From: a virus
Taxonomy: Duplodnaviria; Caudoviricetes
IMG/VR virus record: IMGVR_UViG_3300038673_000502
Location: 1 to 24,952 of that record
Length of the DNA: 24,952 bases
Direction: 5' to 3' (one strand)
The notes under the pieces were generated by a model that was given only the letters and a program-made list of their open reading frames with translations, made no database searches and had not been told where the DNA came from. Shown here one piece after another: positions 7,538 to 15,555 of this stretch; the stretch's first letter is position 1, and every line of letters begins with the position of its first letter. A program made the translations under genes and the position numbers.

Positions 7538-7948
7538 ATGTTTGTAAAATTAGGCGCGTTACCGGGTGTATATGAAAACGGCATGACGTATGCCGAAATT
7601 TTGGCCATCAATCACTATGGATCGGAAACGATCCCGCCGCGCCCGGTCCTGCGCATTGCTGCCGAGAATGTTCTTTCGTCGCCCGAGATGAAAAAACACA
7701 TGAAAGCATATTTTAAAAATGTGGTTGAATACACAAAGCGCGGGCGGGCGCAAGACATGAAGGACGCAGAGGAAAAAATGTTTACTGCGCTGGGACAGCA
7801 GATTGCAGCGGAAGCGAAACGGATCATTAAGGACGGCGGTGAATTACAGCATAACGCACCGGCAACGGTCGCTAAAAAAGGTTTTGACAAACCGCTGTTT
7901 GAGAGCGGGGAACTGATAAAGAAATTATCCTATGAGGTAACAGAATGA
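7538..7948 (+). CDS. Virion morphogenesis / neck protein, HK97 gp10-like
   Basis: INHYGSETIPPRPVLR and NAPATVAKKGFDKPLFESGEL are typical of this family; GAGG RBS. Confidence 0.72.
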   Translation: MFVKLGALPGVYENGMTYAEILAINHYGSETIPPRPVLRIAAENVLSSPEMKKHMKAYFKNVVEYTKRGRAQDMKDAEEKMFTALGQQIAAEAKRIIKDGGELQHNAPATVAKKGFDKPLFESGELIKKLSYEVTE

Positions 7949-9603
7949 TAAAACAACAACGACCGGCGCGTTACACGCGCCCGATTGAAGAACTTGCAAT
8001 GATGACAAGCGCGCTTGAAAAATTGAGCTTGCTTCCGCGCGATGAGGTTTTACTGAATGACCGAATGGTGACGGAAATTAAGAATACGTTGAGCGCGTCG
8101 AATATTGATGCCGTTATTACGGGAATTGTGAACGAATATAACGAAGCGCGGAACGTGCGTGACATACCGGCGGCGAGTGAAAATGCTCTACTGTACGCAT
8201 ACGCGCAGCGCGAGCATAAGCGGTTACGGGGCGCGACCGGCAAGGCGTATGTCACAGAGATTGTTAATGCCGATCATTTTGACGATTTGCAAAAACAGGA
8301 CGCGCTCCCGACCCGGGCAACGCGCCGGGCGGAGGAGTCTTTTTCATCGGTATTTAATAGTGTGTATTCCAACGGCGCGGTCAAAATAAATACGCCGTCC
8401 GACCCGTCCATCCTTATGTCATACATTGACTATTCACCGTACCGGGTGAACTATATGGAATATTTGTCAGTGCCGACGCTGTCTGAAATGGTTGACCGGC
8501 CTATCGCTATGGCGCTGAAAGATCCTTTTGAGGTGAAAACAAAAAACGAAAAATTCAAAGCGGCGCTCGAAGAAAAATTTAAAAAGGTGCAATTGCAAGC
8601 GGTCTTGAAGGATATGCTGTTTAACAGCACGTTGTCGCCGCGCGGGTCTTTACTTGTACCGATCAAGCGCGGCAGCACGGTGACATTCAACGTGTTCAAC
8701 GATACACAATTCGCCTACGGCATGGGGTCGAGTTATGGCGGACTGACCGCGCCGTACAATCAGACGCGCGTGGGTGACCTCTACTGTTTTGGCGCGAAAC
8801 TGAAACACGGCGTTAGCGCATTTTTTCTCTGTCCCGGTTTTGAACCGCTTTTTGGCGTGGGCTTGAATCGCGTTCCTCAATTACGTTCAGCGGCGGAGGC
8901 GTGGAATCTGTATGTTCACATCCTGAAAATTTTACTCGTGCGCGCCCAGGTGATCGTCGAAAAAATGGAAGGCGATATCCAGACTGATACAATGCTTTCC
9001 GCGATGCGGGCGCAGTTACAACGGCTGTCCGAATCGATGGGCGTATCAACGCCTATCGCGCAGGCCCGTGGGACGCAGATGGAGATTTTGAATAATAACA
9101 TCAGCGAAGGGACGGGAAACATTGCCGGGGTGTTCCGCGATTACGTGGCATCGGTAACGGGTCTTTCGCCGGAGTATTTTTTCGGCGGCGGGAACACGAA
9201 CTACTCGCAGGCCGCTTTTCAGATTGCGGCGACTAACGAGCACGTTCGCAGCCGTTTTCAAATTGGCATGATTGAACCGATGGCGCGGTTTGTGGTGAAT
9301 ACGTTTATACGCAATGATGCGGAGATCGCGGCGTGTGGTGTGAATGAAGACGATTTTGACATTGAGTTTGAAAGCATTTATGATGAGACCGAACAGGAAA
9401 AAGCCGACCTTCAGGCGAAGCGGACGGAAACGCTTATTCGTCAACGGGACTACCCTGAACTTGAAAGCGCGTTCAAGCAGTTAAAGTTATTGGATGAGGA
9501 CATAACTTTTGCGGGAATGGAATCGTCCACGCCGGGCGTCGATGATGATGCAATCGGCGACGATGGGGCCGAACGAACGAAACTCACTAAACCGTTAGTA
9601 TAA
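7945..9603 (+). CDS. Portal protein (DUF1073-like) with N-terminal extension
   Basis: 552 aa between TerL and MuF. VASVTGLSPEYFFG, F.IEFESIYDETEQEKA and an acidic tail are typical of this portal class. Confidence 0.8.
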   Translation: MIKQQRPARYTRPIEELAMMTSALEKLSLLPRDEVLLNDRMVTEIKNTLSASNIDAVITGIVNEYNEARNVRDIPAASENALLYAYAQREHKRLRGATGKAYVTEIVNADHFDDLQKQDALPTRATRRAEESFSSVFNSVYSNGAVKINTPSDPSILMSYIDYSPYRVNYMEYLSVPTLSEMVDRPIAMALKDPFEVKTKNEKFKAALEEKFKKVQLQAVLKDMLFNSTLSPRGSLLVPIKRGSTVTFNVFNDTQFAYGMGSSYGGLTAPYNQTRVGDLYCFGAKLKHGVSAFFLCPGFEPLFGVGLNRVPQLRSAAEAWNLYVHILKILLVRAQVIVEKMEGDIQTDTMLSAMRAQLQRLSESMGVSTPIAQARGTQMEILNNNISEGTGNIAGVFRDYVASVTGLSPEYFFGGGNTNYSQAAFQIAATNEHVRSRFQIGMIEPMARFVVNTFIRNDAEIAACGVNEDDFDIEFESIYDETEQEKADLQAKRTETLIRQRDYPELESAFKQLKLLDEDITFAGMESSTPGVDDDAIGDDGAERTKLTKPLV

Positions 9604-9606
9604 GGT

Positions 9607-10323
9607 ATGATAAACATTTTTGAAAAATATAGTAAACAGTGGAGCCGCGCCGTCAGGGACTACGCCCGCGCCGTGTGGGACGATGAGGACGATGAGGACG
9701 CCCAGGCCGAATTCAATTCCCGCGCCCGCTTGTTTTCAAAGCGCTACCGACACGCGCTTGAAAGCTATTACGCCGCAAAAGGGATGCGGGTGTATCGCGG
9801 CACCCTGGATGGAAAAGTCAAGGAGTGGTTGACCGTTCAATATGCCCTGCGCGACACCATGCAGGAGACGGTCAAAGACCGGCAAAACGAAATCGTGCAA
9901 AGAGAAATTGCACGGCTCCAGAAAGATAAATCCTACACAGCTCAGGAAGCGTTAAATAAAATTTATGAAGCGCGGGAGGGTGAAAACGTCTACAAGGTTT
10001 TTTCGTTCGGTGAGCACTACAAGGACCGGGCGGAACAGATCGGCGACGATAACGCCTACGCGCTCGGTACGGGCCTGAATGAAGGTATAATAAAAGAATT
10101 TTCAGATCGGTATATCTGGACCACGCAACGCGACAAGCGCGTTCGTAAGACGCACCGCAAATTGCAAGGGAAGTGCTTTCTTTTTGATGATCCGCCGACA
10201 GAGATTTTTAAAAACGGAAAAACGCATACGGGCAATCCGGGAACGGCGTGGGGGTGCCGATGCTGGGCGGAAATTCCAGTCAAACCGTGCAAACCACTGC
10301 GGAGGTATGAGGTGCGCGAATGA
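9607..10323 (+). CDS. Minor head protein, MuF / SPP1 gp7 family
   Basis: YIWTTQRDKRVRKTH..L.G..F.FDDPP...PG....CRC signature; follows the portal. Confidence 0.88.
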   Translation: MINIFEKYSKQWSRAVRDYARAVWDDEDDEDAQAEFNSRARLFSKRYRHALESYYAAKGMRVYRGTLDGKVKEWLTVQYALRDTMQETVKDRQNEIVQREIARLQKDKSYTAQEALNKIYEAREGENVYKVFSFGEHYKDRAEQIGDDNAYALGTGLNEGIIKEFSDRYIWTTQRDKRVRKTHRKLQGKCFLFDDPPTEIFKNGKTHTGNPGTAWGCRCWAEIPVKPCKPLRRYEVRE

Positions 10324-10694
10324 GGCGAGACGTTCAAACATTTTCGCCGGCGGGAAAAATATTTCCCATGGAAGAAACAAGCGAAGACCGGATCAAGAAG
10401 CGGGCGCGGGCGTTATTGTTTTGCGCGCGCTGTTTTGACGCGCCACCGTCGGCGCAGCGTCGGCGCCGTTCGAAACGACGCTGTGCCTGTGGCGCGCTTT
10501 TGGGTTCGCGGCCAAGAAAACGACAGAACCGGTTAGTTTGCGACGATTGCGCCGATCTGATACCGCGCATGGCTGGCGGGGCGCGAGCGTCACACTTGTG
10601 TGCGGAATGTCACATGGTTTATCCGCGCCGTGAATTGCGAATCAAGGATGGAAATTTTTTTTGTAAAAAATGTTTAAAATACAATAAAATATAA
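10320..10694 (+). CDS. Cys/Arg-rich zinc-finger protein, function unknown
   Basis: CARC, CAC, CDDC, CAEC and CKKC pairs; ATGA overlap with MuF; fills the gap before the protease. Alternative start at 10368. Confidence 0.6.
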   Translation: MRRDVQTFSPAGKIFPMEETSEDRIKKRARALLFCARCFDAPPSAQRRRRSKRRCACGALLGSRPRKRQNRLVCDDCADLIPRMAGGARASHLCAECHMVYPRRELRIKDGNFFCKKCLKYNKI

Positions 10695-10696
10695 CA

Positions 10697-10730
10697 TTGA
10701 CTTTTAATACGATTTGTGCGGCTGTTAATT
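10697..10730 (+). promoter_or_regulatory. Possible internal promoter upstream of head genes
   Basis: TTGACT at 10697-10702 after an AT-rich tract. No canonical -10 at 17 bp and no SD before ATG 10732. Confidence 0.25.
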
Positions 10731-10731
10731 A

Positions 10732-11985
10732 ATGGTTAATAAACTTCTAAAATACTTTAAATCCCCTGTCCGCGCCTTCAACGACGCGGGCGAGCGCATT
10801 GAATCGATGCGCTTTTCCGTGCCCGCCTTGCGCGTCGGCGTGCTTGAATACGGTGCGGGGCAATTGCAAACCGGTAACGCCGCACTGGAAGGTAAGGCCG
10901 TCCGGCTGTATTACCCGCCGGAAGCTGTGAGCGATGAAAAATTTTTGAAATCTCTTGAAACTGCGCCGGTCGTCGTCGGCGGGCATGATTCTACGACAAA
11001 CGAACAGAATAAGAGAATCGACGGCTGGGCGCACAACGTCTTTTTTGATGCGGCGGCAAAAGCGGCGATGATTGCAGGCGTGGTCAAGGGTGCCAAAGAG
11101 GTTGCCTACATAAAAGGAAATCTCGGGTCCGCCGGATTTGGCGCGTCTGCTTTTGTTGATATTTACAATTTGAAAGTAGAAAACGGCGTGACGCCGGACG
11201 GCCAGGAATACGACGCCGTGGCCGGGGAACTGCGCGCAACACACGTCGCGCTCGCGCCGCACGTGCGCGACCCTGAAAATAAAATCCGGGTGACTAATGC
11301 GGTGTGCATAAATACTGACGGCGTGGTGGAAGTGGAAAACGCCGTGAAGGGTACCGAAGTTTGGTTTAATGGCAACCGTGTTATATTGACGGGCGAAGAA
11401 ATTACAAAACATGGCGCGGTCTGGTATGTGGGCTACGATAAAGACCACGGCGATAAAGAAGTTGTCGTATTGAAATCAAAATATCAGCATTTAGTAAAAA
11501 ACTCGCGCGGCGAGACATTAAATATTAAGGAGTACAGCATGGACCCTAAAGAACTGGCCGCGCTTGTAAAAAACGCGGTTGATGAAGCTATAGCGGCTAA
11601 AAACGGTGAAGACCGTATAGACGCTATGGAAGAAACGCTCAAGAAGCACGGCGACGCGTTGAATGAGATCAACGAAAAGCTCGTGCCGAAAGCGGAAGGC
11701 GAAAACGCCGACGGTGAAGACAGGGAAGATGACAAAGAGGGCGCGGCGCTTGAAAATGCTAAACCGTCGCAAGAGATGGTGAAGACATTTTCAACGGCTC
11801 TGAACGTCGATTTCGGCGCGAAGACGCCATCGTTTGCTACTCTTGCTAAGCTTGCCGGTATTGTGGAAACTGACCCGGCGGCCAGGATTGCCGCAGTCAA
11901 CACGAAATTCGGCGAAATTCTGCAAAATGCGCCGAAAGAAAACAGTACAGCCGCGGCTCATAACGCGGCCGGGGAGGTGTTCTAA
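10732..11985 (+). CDS. Prohead protease-scaffold fusion, DUF2213-like
   Basis: RVGVLEY, LYYPPEAV...FLKSLETAPVVVGGH, G.TPDGQEYDAV and THVAL are DUF2213-like; the C-terminal third is acidic and coiled-coil-like. Confidence 0.82.
   Translation: MVNKLLKYFKSPVRAFNDAGERIESMRFSVPALRVGVLEYGAGQLQTGNAALEGKAVRLYYPPEAVSDEKFLKSLETAPVVVGGHDSTTNEQNKRIDGWAHNVFFDAAAKAAMIAGVVKGAKEVAYIKGNLGSAGFGASAFVDIYNLKVENGVTPDGQEYDAVAGELRATHVALAPHVRDPENKIRVTNAVCINTDGVVEVENAVKGTEVWFNGNRVILTGEEITKHGAVWYVGYDKDHGDKEVVVLKSKYQHLVKNSRGETLNIKEYSMDPKELAALVKNAVDEAIAAKNGEDRIDAMEETLKKHGDALNEINEKLVPKAEGENADGEDREDDKEGAALENAKPSQEMVKTFSTALNVDFGAKTPSFATLAKLAGIVETDPAARIAAVNTKFGEILQNAPKENSTAAAHNAAGEVF
11539..11985 (+). CDS. Nested in-frame scaffolding protein (internal start)
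   Basis: AAGGAG at 11527-11532, 6 nt before in-frame ATG 11539 (MDPKELAALVKN...). Confidence 0.6.
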   Translation: MDPKELAALVKNAVDEAIAAKNGEDRIDAMEETLKKHGDALNEINEKLVPKAEGENADGEDREDDKEGAALENAKPSQEMVKTFSTALNVDFGAKTPSFATLAKLAGIVETDPAARIAAVNTKFGEILQNAPKENSTAAAHNAAGEVF

Positions 11986-12527
11986 TGCCCGGAGTAAGAT
12001 TAGGTATCGGGGAAACCAACCCCAAACGCGGCGCGGTCCAGTGGGACGCTCGCCGAATTGACGGCGTGGAATTTGTTATTCCCACCGCCGCCGGAGTTAC
12101 TGCCGCGCCCATTGGCAGCGTGGTCACATTGCAGGAAAACAGCGCCGGTAAACAAATCATCGTTCTCGGCGCAGCCGCGTATGAAGGCCCCGGATCAGAT
12201 GAATTCGCCATTGTTGCAATCGGCTTTCTTGAGGCCGCAACGCAGGTAGAATCTGCCATCAATCAGGTAGTGGGCGAATACGCCGACGGGGATTATGTCG
12301 CCATGATTAGCGACATTGACGCCGTGGCGATGGTTCCGCTTGACAGCTCGGCCCCGGTCGCAGGCGGAACCGCGTATGTTACCGCTGCCGGAGAACTTTC
12401 TTCTAGTTCATCCGACGCCGTGGCGTTTCCCGGCACTGTCTGGTATGGTACGCCCGGAATCCAGAATACCGGCCAGTTAAAAACCGGGTACATTTTCGCG
12501 CGTCTTGCGTCTGTTAAGGTAGGTTAG
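11985..12527 (+). CDS. Capsid decoration / cement protein (putative)
   Basis: 180 aa, Ala/Gly/Val-rich and beta-like (PVAGGTAYVTAAGEL), located between protease and major capsid genes; GGAGG RBS. Confidence 0.65.
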   Translation: MPGVRLGIGETNPKRGAVQWDARRIDGVEFVIPTAAGVTAAPIGSVVTLQENSAGKQIIVLGAAAYEGPGSDEFAIVAIGFLEAATQVESAINQVVGEYADGDYVAMISDIDAVAMVPLDSSAPVAGGTAYVTAAGELSSSSSDAVAFPGTVWYGTPGIQNTGQLKTGYIFARLASVKVG

Positions 12528-12529
12528 AC

Positions 12530-14020
12530 ATGATAAAAGGAAAAAAAATTACTTCCGCCCAGGTTGCAGAACAGAATTTTCAAAACTGGTATGTCGTTCG
12601 TAACGCATACGCCGACGCGCACCGCAAAGACGGTTGCGTTGCGGTGAACGAAGCAGCGGCGCGGAGTGAGTACAAAGCCCTGACCGAGCGGCTCCTTGCC
12701 GTGGCGAACAGCCAGCATAAAGAGCACGGTGCGGCGATTTCCGACCTGCGGAAAAGGTTCGACGGGGCCAGCATCGACCATGTTGTTGATATGGCGCACG
12801 GTCTTCGCGCAAAGCTGAACGGTATCGCCCAAAACGCGATGAAAGCGGGTATGAATATCGAGAACGCACAGGCAACAGCCCTGAACGCCTATTTCGGCAA
12901 TCCCGGATATGATCAGTTCGCCGGATTGAACCAGCTCGCTGAACAGCTCTATGAACAGCTTACCTTTGCCGAATCCTTTATCGCGGAAGGTGACGCGGTC
13001 CAGCTTGCGCCGGAACTCGCGGCATCCGCCGGCGCGATCAGCCGTTTCCGTATTCCTCGCGTTGAGGCGTCGGGTGCAGCTAAACAGCGTCTTGGCGATC
13101 TGAACCCGTACGGCGACGACAGGACCTACGCCAACAACATGGCGCAAATCTCGCTTTACAATGAGTTTAAGGACGCCCACACCGAAGCGCAGGGTTTCAT
13201 CATCGAGAACGATCAGGAAGCAGCGCTTCTTGGTTATGCTCGTTCGATCGCCCCGGCGCTCGCGGGTTTTATTCTGCAAAACCAGTTGTTCGCTACAATT
13301 GAGCAACAGGTTATGCAGGCGGTCGAGCGGATTATCGTTGACGGATGGGGCGCGGCGGCGTTCGACGGTGAATCCGGTCAATACGGCCTCTTGTCCAGCG
13401 GTATCGCGCTGTCCCTCGCCTCTGCGGGTGCAGCGTCTCCGCTTCTGGCGACCGCTGCAGACTGGGCCGCGAATCCGACTACGCTGATTCAAAAAATAAC
13501 TAACTACAACTACAAACCGGTGGACATAACGGCTCCGTTACCTGCTGTTTCGGCGGCAGACGCGGCTAATTTGTACCTTGACGTGGTGAGGCTCTTAAAT
13601 CTCATCGCACAAACGAACGTGAAAACGTCCGGCAAAGTAGTTCTGTATGTGCCGACTTCCATTTATTCGGCCCTTGTGCAGTATCTTTCCACCGGGACTT
13701 ACAATCGGACGCTTGGCGAAGCTTTGAAGCTTGCGACCGGCGGAACCGTGGAGTCAATCGACATTAAAACGTCGGGACTCCTGAACGCCCGAACAAATTC
13801 TCTTGGCACGGCTCAGTACAACAGCGTGATTGCCATCGTACACGGCGCGCCAACCGGACGAAAGGGGATTTTAATGCCGATGGCAACCGCAACGCCCCGG
13901 ATTACTACCGGCGTAGTAAGCGAGCAACGTTCCAGTTTTGCGGCGCAGCTCACTTTCGGCGGTCCGATGGTAATTCAGCGCGGTCAAGCGTTTATCCTTG
14001 ATTTTTCGGTGAACGCGTAA
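12530..14020 (+). CDS. Major capsid protein with ~119-aa N-terminal propeptide-like region
   Basis: Position and size. DGWG....DGESGQYGLL and VVLYVPTSIYSAL resemble HK97-fold capsid motifs of DUF2184-type phages. Confidence 0.78.
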   Translation: MIKGKKITSAQVAEQNFQNWYVVRNAYADAHRKDGCVAVNEAAARSEYKALTERLLAVANSQHKEHGAAISDLRKRFDGASIDHVVDMAHGLRAKLNGIAQNAMKAGMNIENAQATALNAYFGNPGYDQFAGLNQLAEQLYEQLTFAESFIAEGDAVQLAPELAASAGAISRFRIPRVEASGAAKQRLGDLNPYGDDRTYANNMAQISLYNEFKDAHTEAQGFIIENDQEAALLGYARSIAPALAGFILQNQLFATIEQQVMQAVERIIVDGWGAAAFDGESGQYGLLSSGIALSLASAGAASPLLATAADWAANPTTLIQKITNYNYKPVDITAPLPAVSAADAANLYLDVVRLLNLIAQTNVKTSGKVVLYVPTSIYSALVQYLSTGTYNRTLGEALKLATGGTVESIDIKTSGLLNARTNSLGTAQYNSVIAIVHGAPTGRKGILMPMATATPRITTGVVSEQRSSFAAQLTFGGPMVIQRGQAFILDFSVNA

Positions 14021-14029
14021 GGCAAACGC

Positions 14030-14347
14030 ATGATTTATTCGGATGTAAGATTTTTATCGGAATTGACGACACGGCTGGACAACCCAGCCGTGTCTGATGC
14101 CGAAATTATGGTTTATCTTGCAATGGCAAAACGTGATGTCGACTCCGGCCTCTACGACGACAATGCCTACAATTCGCAGGTGCTTGACACGGCCTGCCAT
14201 CTGCTTTCGCTCGATAATAAATTCCCGGAGATTTCGTCCATTAGTCAAAACGGCACATCGACGAGTTTTGCGGGAAACGATTCAGAGCGATGGCGCAGAC
14301 GCATAACAGAGCGCAGACAGGCGCTGCTCGTAGGACTCGCATTATGA
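14030..14347 (+). CDS. Head-tail adaptor (DUF4054-like)
   Basis: First gene after the capsid gene; ACHLLSL...ISSISQNGTSTSF pattern. Confidence 0.65.
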   Translation: MIYSDVRFLSELTTRLDNPAVSDAEIMVYLAMAKRDVDSGLYDDNAYNSQVLDTACHLLSLDNKFPEISSISQNGTSTSFAGNDSERWRRRITERRQALLVGLAL

Positions 14348-14733
14348 CGATGCTACGCGGCTTGCAAAGCATGGCGGCGCGGCGGATCGCGGACAGTACC
14401 TGCGACGTAATTTATAATTCACTTGCGCCGGATGACGACGGTTCAGCGGCAGTCACGGAAACGGCCCTATCGCTTAAAGCGTCCGTAAAGCCGCTTCAAC
14501 CCAAAGACATTGAACGACTTCAAACCGCCGGTATCGAGGTACAGGAGGGCGTTTCAATTCTTATATCCGGGGCCCTGGATGAACGGCCTGAACGGATCGA
14601 CGCGGGCGGGAAAAAATGGCGCGTATTGTCGTGGTCTTTTATTCCGTCCCACGAAAACGAATCGGGGAACGCGGTTGGCACGGCTGTTGCAATGTGCGAT
14701 GAAATACGAGTTCTACCGGCGGCGGTTGAATGA
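14344..14733 (+). CDS. Head closure / stopper protein (putative)
   Basis: ASVKPLQPKDIERL...G and GGKKWRVLS pattern; ATGA overlap favours a start at 14344. Confidence 0.62.
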   Translation: MTMLRGLQSMAARRIADSTCDVIYNSLAPDDDGSAAVTETALSLKASVKPLQPKDIERLQTAGIEVQEGVSILISGALDERPERIDAGGKKWRVLSWSFIPSHENESGNAVGTAVAMCDEIRVLPAAVE

Positions 14734-15239
14734 CGATCATAGAAAAATATTATGCGATGAACAAAGCGCTAAATGTGGCGCTTGTGAGTCAAGGTGCGGT
14801 TGCGCGGGTATATAAATACGGCACGGTGCCGAAAGGCGCAACCTATCCGTATTTTCAATCAGCATATCGCGTAACGTACCGACAGCCATTCGCTTCATCC
14901 GCGAGCGGCGTGTTGACTGATTTTGAATACACACTCAATTTTTTTACCGCCGCGCCGAATGATGAAGCGAACGACGCTAAGCTGTTTGAACCGTATGAAA
15001 TTGCGCGCGAGCTCATAACGTCGCCGGAAAGTTTTATCTGGTCGGGTATTGCAACCGTGCTTTCTCATGACGAAACGCCGGACTTTAAATTTCGCGGCGG
15101 TCTGGAAGTGTTGCAACGCGGTCTTGTGTTCGCCTGTCAGACCGTGACCACGTTTGTTTCCAGCATTCACGGCGGCGAAGAGGTGACGGTTGACGAAGTT
15201 GTCGACACAATAGAAAAATCATTAGAGTACGAGGAATGA
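14730..15239 (+). CDS. Tail terminator / neck protein (putative)
   Basis: Position before the sheath; VYKYGTVPKGATYPYF resembles tail-terminator motifs. Confidence 0.55.
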   Translation: MTIIEKYYAMNKALNVALVSQGAVARVYKYGTVPKGATYPYFQSAYRVTYRQPFASSASGVLTDFEYTLNFFTAAPNDEANDAKLFEPYEIARELITSPESFIWSGIATVLSHDETPDFKFRGGLEVLQRGLVFACQTVTTFVSSIHGGEEVTVDEVVDTIEKSLEYEE

Positions 15240-15514
15240 ACATGGAACTGTCAAACACTGAAATTAAAATCGTCGTTAAAAACATGGCGCGGGAAATGGT
15301 TAAAAAGGCGATGGCGAAAAATGCTATAACGGGCATGTTTTATCGAAAAAAAAACGGGAACGCTCAAATTTTTCACGATAGCGGGGAAGCAGCTACCAGA
15401 ATAGACGCAAATGTATATCCCATTGGTTCGTCTTTGTCTGCGAGATACGAGCACCCGGAAGGGATTGTCTTGTCTATTTCTGACGCAAAAAAATTAGGCA
15501 TTCCTGAAGAATAA
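15236..15514 (+). CDS. Hypothetical 92-aa protein with scaffold-like N-terminal leader
   Basis: Open frame coupled to the upstream gene by ATGA overlap (alternative ATG 15242 with GAGGA upstream); ~42% GC by hand count, lower than flanking genes. Confidence 0.7.
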   Translation: MNMELSNTEIKIVVKNMAREMVKKAMAKNAITGMFYRKKNGNAQIFHDSGEAATRIDANVYPIGSSLSARYEHPEGIVLSISDAKKLGIPEE

Positions 15515-15555
15515 AATCAGTTAAAAACGCTGAAATAAAAGCGAGGTAAATAAAA

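Noticed and set aside
7945-9603. Anti-CBASS Acb1 label sometimes attached to DUF1073-like proteins
   Set aside because: No pair of HxT/S 2H-phosphoesterase motifs recognised; size and position indicate a portal.
12524-13492. 322-aa minus-strand ORF and other long antisense ORFs across the structural operon
   Set aside because: Opposite well-supported structural genes, with no motifs or RBS; expected from GC-rich codon bias.
15515-15555. Small CGCT-N8-AGCG hairpin before the sheath gene
   Set aside because: Only a 4-bp stem with no U-tract; too weak to call.
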